DNA of 32,000 bases from Candidatus Saccharimonadota bacterium (GCA_965229705.1 OZ245922.1:600001-632000), one strand, 5' to 3'. Counted from the stretch's first letter, positions 1-8,632 are shown. Made by a program: numbers and translations. Notes: generated from the sequence alone by a model not told the origin.

Positions 1-161
1 ATGATGACACTACAGAACATACAGTATACTCTACAAATAAGCCAGAGTCTATTACTGATGTAAATGATGTTGTCTTCACTGTAAACGCTACTGCTGGAGC
101 AGAAACTCCTGCAGGTGAGTACAGAGATCAAATCACATTTACTATTACTGGAAACTTCTAA
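1..161 (+). CDS. 3' end of a secreted/cell-surface protein gene (5' end outside window)
   Basis: Open frame from nt 3 to TAA at 159-161. It translates to ...VNDVVFTVNATAGAETPAGEYRDQITFTITGNF*, a beta-rich Thr/Ala pattern typical of surface-protein C-termini. A strong terminator follows. Confidence 0.5.
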   Translation, partial: DDTTEHTVYSTNKPESITDVNDVVFTVNATAGAETPAGEYRDQITFTITGNF

Positions 162-180
162 GTAATAAAACATTATCTAA

Positions 181-213
181 AAAAGTCTCTTTTATTTTAA
201 AAGAGACTTTTTT
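181..213 (+). terminator. Rho-independent terminator hairpin
   Basis: GTCTCTTTT (185-193) pairs perfectly with AAAAGAGAC (199-207). An A-run precedes the stem and TTTTTT follows it. Confidence 0.65.
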
Positions 214-284
214 ATTTTCGCCTTTTCCCTGTATATATGTAGTAGAAAAAAGTGTATTTTGTTCCTTATTAAAGTTCTATAATT

Positions 285-1964
285 ATGAAAAGGTTTATAA
301 GTCTTCTGATGCTCGCGTCTATATTTGCTATGAGTTCTCATGTTACGAACACCCATGCAAATATTAATTTTTGAGTCACTCCGATTAAGTATGAACTCGA
401 GATGGATCCCGAAGAGTCTATCACGCTCACAGCATGAATACGAAACAACTCTCTCCAAGAGCGAACCATGACAACACTTTCGGCAGACTTCACTTCTGAT
501 GGAACCAGTGGAACTCCAAGATTTATACGAGATAATTCTGAGATAAACCCCGATCAACATCTCGCAAGTTGGATAGAGATTAGTGAAGATCAACTGACAC
601 TCGCCTCGTGAGAGTTTCAAGAGATAGAGTTCACTATTACCGTTCCTGAAGATGCAACTCCTGGAGGTCATTATGGTGCTGTACTGTTTCGCGTCGTAAA
701 TAATACTGGTGGATGAGATGTAAAAGTAGATGTCGATTATGGAATACTCATCCTTGTAGATGTTTCTGGAGAACGAATTGTCGATGTCGTTATTGAGACT
801 CCGACTGTGAGTAGTGGAAGCTCTAATTCTAGCAGTGATACTTCTACATCTTCTCAAAGTTCTAGTAGCTCTAGTACAAGCTCTTCAAGCTGATGAGGAT
901 ACTCAAGTTATAAAAGAGAAAGATGAGACCAGCAAGGTTCACAAACTCCTCCGTCTCTTGATCTTGCTCGATATCAGGTATATTTCCCTCAAGAAGTCAG
1001 TCAGCCACAATATACTACTGAAGAAGGAGCTGAACCACTTGAAAGTGTTGTTCCTCCTCAAGTCGCGCAAGTTTCACAGGAGGAAGATACAGATTCTCAA
1101 AACCTTGAAGAAGCAGATGAAACCTCTGAGGAATACATCGAAAACCTGGCTCAAGATATTATAAACTCACTTGAAAATACTCAGGAAGATACCGAAGAAA
1201 ATACCGATATTGAAGTAGCTCAAGAGGAAGACTCTTCCCTACAAGAAGATATCCTCTCTTTTGATAACCAACCCCCTCTCGCAGAGGATACTACTAACAC
1301 TGTCTCTGATGATCAAAACACCAATCTCTGAGACGATACTGAGCAAGACTCTTCATTTGGAATTACTTTCTCTCTTCCGGTAGAAAACAAAGGAAATACC
1401 CATGTAAAACCTCAATGAAAGATTACTCTCAGAAATGAAGATGGTGAAGTCATTCGCGCGGTAGGAAAAGAAGTAGTAGCAAACTCTCTTGGAGCTATTG
1501 TTGATGAAAAAATAGTAGACTACATCCCTATCAATGATCAGTGAGGAAATGTTCTCCCTTTTTCTACTCGAGTGTTTAGTGCTGAGTGGAAAGGGTTTCC
1601 CTACAAGACCTATAATCAGTTTGGAGAACCTCAGATTAACTACTGGACTCCTGAAGAGTATTATGAAAAGTCTCGTACCGAGTCTGGAAATATCTATGTA
1701 AATTTTTGGGAAAAAGTGAGTAAAAAGGATATCCAAGCAAATATCTTTGCCGATTTTGAGCTATCGTATAAAGATGAGGAATGAAAAGATGTATGGTATG
1801 AATCAACACAGGTTTTCCCTATAGAATATACTGCTACCATCGTTGAAAATAATGAAAAAGTTCTCTACAGTCTTGCTGGGCTCGCGTTTGTGATGAGTAT
1901 TGCGATGATATTTGCTGTTTCTCAAGGAATAAGCGCTGTGTGAGGGCTGTTTATGAGGAAGTAG
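285..1964 (+). CDS. Cell-surface protein: signal peptide, Ig-like domain, Ser-rich/acidic linker, second domain, C-terminal TM anchor (559 aa, table 25)
   Basis: ATG at 285, TAG at 1962-1964, about 10 in-frame TGA. N-terminus is MKRFISLLMLASIFAMSSHVTNTHA. Contains FTITVPEDATPGGHYGAVLF. Linker is SSGSSNSSSDTSTSSQSSSSSSTSSSSGGG followed by a D/E/Q-rich stretch. C-terminal hydrophobic helix is LYSLAGLAFVMSIAMIFAV. Track ORF 1572-1784 lies in the same frame. Confidence 0.8.
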
Positions 1965-2045
1965 GTATCTTGGTAGAATTATGCATATAGCCGTATCTGT
2001 TTATATTTTAATGGGAGAAGATTATGCTAAATTTGAGGAACCTCT

Positions 2046-2146
2046 GAAAAACAGTGCCTCCAATTCTCGCCTCTCAAATCGAGCATTTTAAAAGCCTACC
2101 TATAAAAATTTCACAAATTTTCACAAACAGGTTTTTAAATGGTGGA
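2046..2146. repeat. 101-bp direct repeat, copy A (paired with 3356-3456)
   Basis: Differs from 3356-3456 at only 2 positions (offset 1310 bp). Contains the tandem decamer TTTCACAAAT/TTTCACAAAC and ends in AAATGGTGGA. Confidence 0.9.
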
Positions 2147-2180
2147 ACATTGTGAAGCTTGTTAGAACTGAAATTGAGAG

Positions 2181-2531
2181 TTACAATTCAATAATTTCAT
2201 AATCATTATTTTCTAAATCGTCAAAAATATTATCAATCTTTACGGAAAGTTCTTGAAGTGATTCTTTGGTAATATTTTTTCAAAATTTTGTCTCTTTTTT
2301 CACAATGTAAAATGGGAGATAGTTTCCATTTTTTTCTTGAAATAGAATGAGAAGTCTTACTTTTTTATGAAGCAGATATCATTTGAGTACTTTCTTTCTT
2401 TTTATAATTCATATCTCAATAAAGTTTTCGAGTCAAGACTGGTGTTTTTGTACCTCTGAAAAAATATCTTGTATGGAAACAGATTTTATCTTACTAAGAA
2501 GTTTTTGAAATGTCCTCGTAACTAAAATCAT
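2181..2531 (-). CDS. Putative toxin of a type II TA pair (RelE/ParE/YafQ-like, 116 aa)
   Basis: ATG at 2531-2529 overlaps the antitoxin 3' end (ATGA-type junction). TAA at 2183-2181. Translation ...GYLLHKKVRLLILFQEKNGNYLPFYIVKKETKFGKNITKESL... resembles the RelE-superfamily core. Size and position downstream of a DinJ/RelB-like gene also fit. Confidence 0.5.
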
Positions 2532-2764
2532 AGAGTATCTAATTTATCTGATACCCTCTCTAACTTTGATATAATATTTTTATCCTTCATCATATCATCA
2601 AAAAAACTTTCTTGTATATCAAAATTCACAATATCAGGCTGATTCGTAAAACTTGTCATAAAATATCTCAGGAGAACACTTCCGTCTAATCCTTTCTTCT
2701 TAGAAGCTTCTAAAAAATCTTTCTTTAAATCTTCATCTACTCGTATTTGAAATGTTGTAGTCAT
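2522..2764 (-). CDS. RelB/DinJ-family antitoxin (ribbon-helix-helix)
   Basis: MTTTFQIRVDEDLKKDFLEASKKKGLDGSVLLRYFMTSF... matches the DinJ/RelB N-terminal pattern (xRVDxxLKxxAxxxxxxxGLxxS). Under table 25 the TGA at 2530-2528 is read through to TAG at 2524-2522. Confidence 0.75.
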
Positions 2765-2926
2765 AATATGTAATTACAATGTATATACAAATATTATAGT
2801 ATTTTTTCAAGAATTACAATACTTTATTTGTTAAATCTTAGAGCGTTATTTACACTTTTTCAGGATAATAAAATTGTTCAATAAGTTCATAAGGTGTTAT
2901 GTTTTCAATACCTTTATGAGGCTTAA

Positions 2927-3227
2927 AATAATGAACTACAAGAGATAAAAGCTGAGATTGTAAAGCTAGAAATAGAACAAAAAGATAGATGACAGAAATT
3001 TTGATTAGAGAGGTTTAAAAATGCTTCTAATAAAATTCTCGAACACCTTGATAAGTTAGTATTACAAAAGGAAAATCCCGAGGTAATACAGCTTGCTTTT
3101 GATATAGTATTTGGTGGAAAGATAGAGTACGAAAGTATTCTATCTCGAACACCTTTCACACACGAGTTATTGGCTTTAAATACAAAAAAAGGACTTCAAT
3201 TAAATTGAAATTCTTCTTTAAATCGCA
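2927..3227 (+). pseudogene. C-terminal remnant of a second large serine recombinase
   Basis: The frame opens after TAA at 2924-2926 with no plausible N-terminus. ELQEIKAEIVKLEIEQKDRGQKFG...QLAFDIVFGGKIEYESILSRTPFTHELLAL aligns by eye with the C-terminus of the intact recombinase (...KKLLKNIFPEGIPINEKKQVGTPTFSLIYQTF). Like that gene, it runs directly into tRNA-Lys-derived sequence. Confidence 0.5.
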
Positions 3228-3250
3228 AATGGTGGGTCATCCGAGGCTCG
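3228..3250. repeat. attL: 23-bp duplicate of the tRNA-Lys 3' end
   Basis: AATGGTGGGTCATCCGAGGCTCG is identical to 10183-10205, which covers the CCA end, acceptor 3' strand and part of the T-arm of the intact tRNA-Lys. Sequence diverges immediately after. Confidence 0.85.
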
Positions 3251-3355
3251 CCTCTTTCACTACAATCTGCTTTGCAGATAGTAGTTTCAGTAGGGCATTC
3301 GGTTATTACTCGTACTCCTCGTAATAATTTTTCGTCTTTCCGCTACGCGGAGACC

Positions 3356-3456
3356 GAAAAACAGTGCCTCCAATTCTCGCCTCTCAAATCGAGCATTTTA
3401 AAAACCTGCCTATAAAAATTTCACAAATTTTCACAAACAGGTTTTTAAATGGTGGA
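3356..3456. repeat. 101-bp direct repeat, copy B (paired with 2046-2146)
   Basis: See copy A. Lies 33 bp past the stop of the minus-strand endonuclease gene, just as copy A lies 35 bp past the stop of the toxin gene. AAAAACCTG and CAGGTTTTT can pair around the tandem TTTCACAAA decamers. Confidence 0.9.
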
Positions 3457-3488
3457 GTTTTTAAGGAAGAATTTGAACACCCTGTAAA

Positions 3489-4097
3489 TTATTCAATTCA
3501 AAAAATTATTAATGGTACTGAAGGGCTTCATTTTCATTGCCTTAAGATATGAGCTAAAGTTCTTTCATAATATCAAGGTCATGACGACATCATACTTTGT
3601 AACCTTTTTGTTGGGATAATCTCTATTCAAAGAGATATTTTATCTCACACAAAAAAACCCAAATGTTTAACAAATAAATCAAATTCTATAAAAGGGTATT
3701 TTCCAAATTGTACTTCTATAGCTACTCTATTTTTAGTAAAATCAGTTTGGTGATATGATGCTATTGGAGTATTTCATGATTCTTCAATTTTTTCTCTTTG
3801 TTCCTTATCAGATAAATTTACTATTTTTCTCGTCAACTCTTCATCATCTGTAACATAATATGCATATCTTTTCTCATTCCATCCTTTTTCTTCAAACTCT
3901 TTTTTTATCTTTGTATTCATATCAATAGGAGAATAAAGCACTTTTCATTTCATTGTTTTTTCCTTACTTGTTTTAGTCTTACATTCTTTAGCATCAACGT
4001 TTTTAATTACTTCTTTAATTTCTTCTAACAAATTTGGATGATGAACCATTAGCCATTCTAATCCATTCAAATGTGAATATGTAAATTTAATTTCCAT
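3489..4097 (-). CDS. Type II restriction endonuclease, BglII/BstYI-like fold (202 aa)
   Basis: QTDFTKNRVAIEVQFGKYPFIEFDLFVKH matches the BglII catalytic block as I recall it (DIDFGKRDTLVEVQFSNYPF; D-x8/9-E-x-Q). The ATG overlaps the methylase stop (TAATG). 9 in-frame TGA. TAA at 3491-3489. Confidence 0.75.
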
Positions 4098-5656
4098 TAC
4101 TTAATATTAGTATTAAATATATATGCCACTATTAATCATGATATAATAAGAGCCTTATTATCATAAAGTTTTTTATTTATATTTATTCAGATAATTTTTT
4201 CAAAGTCCTCATTCTTGATTTCAACATCAGCTATTTTTTCATACAAGTTGATACCTAGTGATCATACTAAATCTACAATTTCAAAGGGATGAATTCCTTT
4301 TTTAGTTTTATTATTCCATCTTTGTTGCAATGAAACTGAGTCATTACTCCCTATCAGTCATTTTAATTCAGTCTCTATAATAGTATCATCAATTTTAATT
4401 ATATCTTGTACTAACCTTGAATAATCTTTCTTATTTAAATTAACTTGGTATATTTTTTTAGATGTACCGTAGAAAAAATTTAACCTCCATAATAATTTAC
4501 CGTCATTCTTATTTGATAATTCAAGTCGCACTCCACTTCAAAATCTAAAGTTAGGTATTGCAAACTTAAAACTTCTATCGTCTTTATATTTAGGAGTATT
4601 TTTGGGAGGGTATGTTAATGGGATTTTAACTTTTGGTATAACATGTACATATAGGCTAGAGGAAACAGGATTAACTTCATTTGATGGGACTTCTAACATA
4701 CTTTGAAAAATATAATTAGTCATGACTGGAGGAATTGAATTTCAAATCATCTTCATCTTTTCAGAATAACTATTTCCATAAAATTGAAATGTAATTGGGA
4801 ATCCCATCAAAGTAGCTCTTTCGCGTAAAGTTAATCTCCTATAATGACTATTATCATTAATAATTAGGCTTTCACGCGATACTCTAGTACAAGTAGAAGT
4901 TATTGTTCTTGAGGGAGTATCTACTTTTTCAGGGAATGACATTCAATTATATACAGGATGGAATGTTTTTGATTCTTTATTGATTCTAAGTTCCTCCACG
5001 GTAAGCTCTTCTTCTTTTATGTGATCACTCAAACTTTGAGCCCCAATTTCATATAAGTAATTTGGATCAACAATCACTTCATTTTTTAAAGCATTAATTA
5101 CACTTCATAAATTCTTTACTTTTATATTTTCTTTATACTCAAGTAACAATTTATAAGGGAAATTACCAGCTATCATTCTTTTTCTCTTCTGAGGCAATCA
5201 ATACTCACTGATGTCAATTACCTCGTTGAAATTAAATAGCTTTTTAAACTTCTTAAATCTTTCATTATTATCAAGAATATCATCAAGTATTTTTTTAACC
5301 CTAGGAACATTTTCCATTGCCCAATATTTTGGCTTCATGTAATCAATAACACTTAAGAACTGATACATATCTACTAATCCATCTTCAATATTTCAATTTC
5401 ATCACTTATTAGAATATGAAAACTGAGTACAAGGAGGACTTCATACTATAAAATCAATAGATCAAGACTTAGGAAGATCATTTTGAAAATCTAATTTTCT
5501 TATATCCGCTTCCTTTGTATTTGTATTAAAATTGATATTATGAGTTAAATTAGAATATTTATTCCACTCATAAGATTTTACATTTTTGATTCAATTTAAT
5601 TTCATTCCTAATGTCCATCAGCCTATTCAACTGTATAAATCAATACACTTTTTCAT
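4097..5656 (-). CDS. dcm: DNA (cytosine-5) methyltransferase with ~190-aa C-terminal extension (519 aa)
   Basis: Motif I DLYSGIGG, motif IV GSPPCTQFS, motif VI ENV, motif VIII QKRKR, motif IX RRLTLRERATLMGFP, motif X IGNSIPPV. Track ORFs 4742-4942 and 4538-4723 are in the same frame, joined by TGA. Stop TAA at 4099-4097. Confidence 0.93.
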
Positions 5657-5856
5657 TAAAATAAATCTTTAATTTCTAAACTAATCGTATCTGCAATTCT
5701 CTCAATATTCTCCAAACTCACATTTTTCACTCCTCTCTCAATATCTGAAATATATGTCCTATGAAATCAAGCTTTATCTGCAAAGGCTTGCTGAGAGAGT
5801 CACTGTTTTTTTCTCAGTTCTCTCACTCTTATTCAAAACTTTTTCTTGATATTCAT
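5656..5856 (-). CDS. Controller (C) protein, XRE-family HTH regulator (66 aa)
   Basis: MNIKKKFGIRVRELRKKQGLSQQAFADKAGFHRTYISDIERGVKNVSLENIERIADTISLEIKDLF is a canonical Xre/C-protein HTH. It is the first gene of the operon, and its stop overlaps the methylase ATG (TAATG). Confidence 0.85.
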
Positions 5857-5919
5857 ATAAATATTGTATAATATATCTTACATATTCTGTCATCTATAAG
5901 ATACAAAGATAGTCTATTT
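5857..5919. promoter_or_regulatory. Divergent promoter/operator region between the C gene and the 351-aa gene
   Basis: 63-bp AT-rich spacer with three copies of TAAGATA/AAGATA. One is inverted (TATCTTA, about 5875-5881). Two are direct (TAAGATAC at about 5897, AAAGATAG at about 5905). They sit where C-box operators occur in C-regulated R-M systems. Confidence 0.3.
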
Positions 5920-6975
5920 ATGCAAGAAAATCTAAAATACATTCTTGAAGTTTTTAAAAAATGAGACACAAAAAAGCGTCTTATTTATATAGATGTCATA
6001 AACGACTTAATAGAAACTCATAAACATACTTCCTGAGAAAAGAAAATAGACCTAGAAAATATAGAGATAGATGAAAATACTATATTATTACAAGATACTA
6101 TTGGAAAACTAGCTCAAGATTTTCAAGCAAGCTGAATGACTCAGGAGGAACTCATGAAAAAAAATGAGACATTAAAACAAACCCTAGACTTAGGATATGA
6201 TTCTTTTGATGGTGATATCTGATTCATTGCCTTCAATAAACTAGAAGAAATGTTTTTAAGGACACACACAGGAGTAAATGTATTAGAGCAATATAACGCT
6301 ATTACACTAAATACTATTAGTTCTATCAATCAAAGCAGGCGCATTTTTTTAGTAAATCTTGATAAAAAATGAGTTATTACGCGAATACATCCAAAAAATG
6401 AAAAACTAGATACTCTTCTTAGTGAAGTAAAAGGGCTTGTAATGGATGAATGAGGAAAAAATATAAAACCTTTAGAAGATATTGAAGATGAATATCTCAA
6501 AGAGAAGCTTATGGAGCAATATGAAAATTTTTGACAAGAGAATATAGATGAACCAGTAAAACAATTTTTAAACCTTTTTGACTCTGTAAGACACTATAGT
6601 TTTGATGTAAAAAACCTAGAATATCTGTATGAGGAAATGACTTGAGAGAAAGTAGAAAGAAAATGAACAGAGTTAAAACATATATCAGATAAAGAGATTA
6701 TGATTTCATACAGATGAAAAAATATATCTTTTGAAGAATGAGCGAAGCCATACATTATCATCTCTTGGCTTTATCATAGTGACTATAACTGAGAAATAGA
6801 GTTATGAGACATCTTTCCTAAAATATACTCTGAGGAATATTTCTATAGTGAACACGAAAAAGAAAAGAGACAAATCTCCAATACTATATCTGGAATCAAT
6901 AAAAGATTTAGGGGTATATCTGATTGAAAAAACTTGTTGCAGTTCAAAGATAATAAGATAACAAAGCTGATATAA
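5920..6975 (+). CDS. Hypothetical protein (351 aa), element cargo of unknown function
   Basis: ATG at 5920, TAA at 6973-6975, 17 in-frame TGA and no TAA/TAG. A strong terminator follows. I recognise no family. The C-terminus (RQISNTISGINKRFRGISDGKNLLQF) weakly resembles a winged-helix recognition segment. Confidence 0.65.
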
Positions 6976-7024
6976 GACTTTGATACACCTTGCTGAGCAG
7001 ATGAATCAGCAAAAGAAAAAGTAT

Positions 7025-7067
7025 AGTCCTTGCGAATACCTTTTAGGTATCGCAGGACTTTTTTTTC
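7025..7067 (+). terminator. Rho-independent terminator
   Basis: AGTCCTTGCGAATACC / GGTATCGCAGGACT stem (two bulges) followed by T8. Confidence 0.8.
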
Positions 7068-7111
7068 TGCTGATTCTTGCTTCAAGGTATTCAATCTTTA
7101 TTCCACTGCTA

Positions 7112-7367
7112 TCTTTCCTCCTATATCACCCTGCCCTGTTTTTGGAGAGGTTCAGTCAAGTTCGGTTCGGTGCTCTATGAACCGATAACTTGACGGGTTC
7201 TCGGAAAAAACTATCACGCAGGATAGAGGAGGAAAGAGAGAGACGTCTCCCCCACAACAATAATTGTGGGGTAACTTGGAACAACATATATGTCTTCTTA
7301 CAGCTTTGTAGTGCTATTTAAGAAGGAAAGCGCTTTCATACTAAAAAATCTACTTTATTTTAGTATG
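7112..7367. other. Hairpin-dense non-coding region, putative rolling-circle origin upstream of rep
   Basis: A composite hairpin spans 7112-7237: outer stem TCTTTCCTCCT/AGGAGGAAAGA, middle stem GTCAAGTT/AACTTGAC, inner stem CGGTTC/GAACCG. Also a palindrome GAGACGTCTC at 7240-7249, a hairpin CCCCACAA/TTGTGGGG at 7250-7271, and a hairpin CATACTAAAA/TTTTAGTATG at 7337-7367, 14 nt before the rep ATG. Confidence 0.4.
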
Positions 7368-7380
7368 TAATAGTAATATT

Positions 7381-8469
7381 ATGACTCCTTTTAGTCTTAC
7401 ATCTTCCGACTTTTTAAATCACTCTGTAGATCATATAGAAATATATGGAACTATCAGAAATCATAGCGAGCTATTTCTCTGAATGGATGGAGATAATTCT
7501 TCTATTAGACATTTTGAGTGATATACTCTAGAAAAAACAGATAGAATAAAAAGCTATCACTATAAAATTACATTTTGGAAAAATGATTCTCCTGTATTTG
7601 CTTGGTATCGTTGAGATCAGATAAATGAATACATAGAAACTCGTGATTATTTCGTGGTATATGGAACAGCTTTTAGACTCCATAGTTTTTCTGAAATCAT
7701 TGATTTTATAGAAGAATACCTAGACCTAGATGGAGCTGATAAGTGGAAAAATAAAAAATTCCATACGCTCAAAAGAATAGATTTAGCTCTAGATATTAGG
7801 CAGAATATTTCTCTTATTACTTCTCGCTTTAAAGAACTCAAACAAAAGTGAAGTAAGTTCTTTGATGAAAAAGGGAATCTCCAAACTTATTATATCTGAG
7901 AAAAACAACTCAGAAAAAATAAGGCTCTCCTTATACGAGTCTATGATAAAATTGCTGATATCTACCAAAAAGAAAAACAGCATTATTATCCCTGATATCT
8001 TACTGAGGATTATGTCACAAGGATAGAAATAGAATTTAGAAGTGATTTACTCAAAGAAGTAAAACTGACTCAATTTTTAGATAAAAGTTTCACTTTCTGA
8101 CTCTTTTGTCTCTATATCTGAAAACATACTAAACTTTTTAAAAAGTTTGAAAATGAAAATATTGAGAGACTCTCTCGTCTTAATAAAAAAGTAGATATGG
8201 AGGACTTGCACCATCGGCAAGTAACGAGAAAAAGGTATATGAATACATTTCTCGGGTATGCAAGTAAGATATTCAGACTCAAGTGATGTATTGCTGATAT
8301 TTCTATTAGAGAAAACCTTTATAATGAGCAAACTATTCACGATATAGTAAAATGCTATAAAAATGGTGAGTTTGATAGAAAAGAATATCTCAATTGAATC
8401 ACTCAAAGAAATCTCAAGCGTATATTTGCAGATAATTTCAAAAAAGAGGATGGAGTATCAGAAGATTAG
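7381..8469 (+). CDS. rep: Rolling-circle replication initiator, Rep_trans-like (362 aa)
   Basis: LKRIDLALDI, TYYIGEKQLRKNKALLIRVYDKIADIYQK and VTRIEIEFRSD match the three conserved blocks of the Rep_trans family as I recall them (RxDxAxD; YxGSxxSxxxxRxYDK; RxExE). Track ORF 7654-7851 is in the same frame. TAG at 8467-8469. Confidence 0.75.
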
Positions 8470-8572
8470 AGAGAAACTTCCTGACTGCTTTAGTGAGGAA
8501 GAAAAATCTGAAATCTGTCTCCTGTTAATTGAACTTGCTAAAATATACCTTGAGTGTGAGAGAGAGGAATAA
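8450..8572 (+). CDS. Small ORF (40 aa), possible accessory protein; weak call
   Basis: MEYQKIREKLPDCFSEEEKSEICLLLIELAKIYLECEREE. It overlaps the rep 3' end, is followed by a terminator-like hairpin, and sits just upstream of the recombinase. No family recognised. Confidence 0.25.
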   Translation: MEYQKIREKLPDCFSEEEKSEICLLLIELAKIYLECEREE

Positions 8573-8592
8573 TCCTCTCTTTCTCATTTTTT
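8558..8592 (+). terminator. Terminator-like hairpin after rep/small ORF
   Basis: GAGAGAGAGG (8558-8567) pairs with CCTCTCTTTC (one G:U). The downstream sequence is T-rich (CATTTTTT). Confidence 0.55.
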
Positions 8593-8632
8593 CTTTACAA
8601 AATATATTTTATCCATATAAAGATTGTATCCA

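Noticed and set aside
277-282. TATAAT hexamer as the promoter -10 box for the 285-1964 gene
   Set aside because: It lies only 3 nt before the ATG, too close to drive a transcript containing the start codon. In DNA this AT-rich such hexamers occur by chance.
192-857. 221-aa standard-code ORF on the minus strand (the same applies to 12007-12519 +, 22006-22479 -, 27251-27637 -, 27644-28105 -, 29989-30480 -)
   Set aside because: These are antisense or off-frame shadows of genes that are continuous and motif-rich under table 25. Their translations are low-complexity and match nothing I recognise.
3228-3360. Possibility that the tRNA-like 23-mer plus downstream hairpins (for example CTACAATCTGC/GCAGATAGTAG at about 3260-3285) form a tmRNA or an intron-split tRNA
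   Set aside because: The acceptor sequence is an exact copy of the tRNA-Lys 3' end, there is no matching 5' half and no tag-reading-frame features. An att duplication explains it better.
3446-3530. tRNA-like start (TGGTGGA...TTTGAAC) at the end of repeat copy B
   Set aside because: I could not find complementary T-stem or acceptor pairing. It is probably a coincidental resemblance to the CCA-end complement.
7001-7320. Read-through ORF (MNQQKKKYSPCEYLLGIAGLFFLLIL...) across the intergenic hairpin region
   Set aside because: It runs straight through the terminator and the large hairpins, has no recognisable domains, and its hydrophobic stretch is encoded by the T-rich terminator tail. More likely non-coding.
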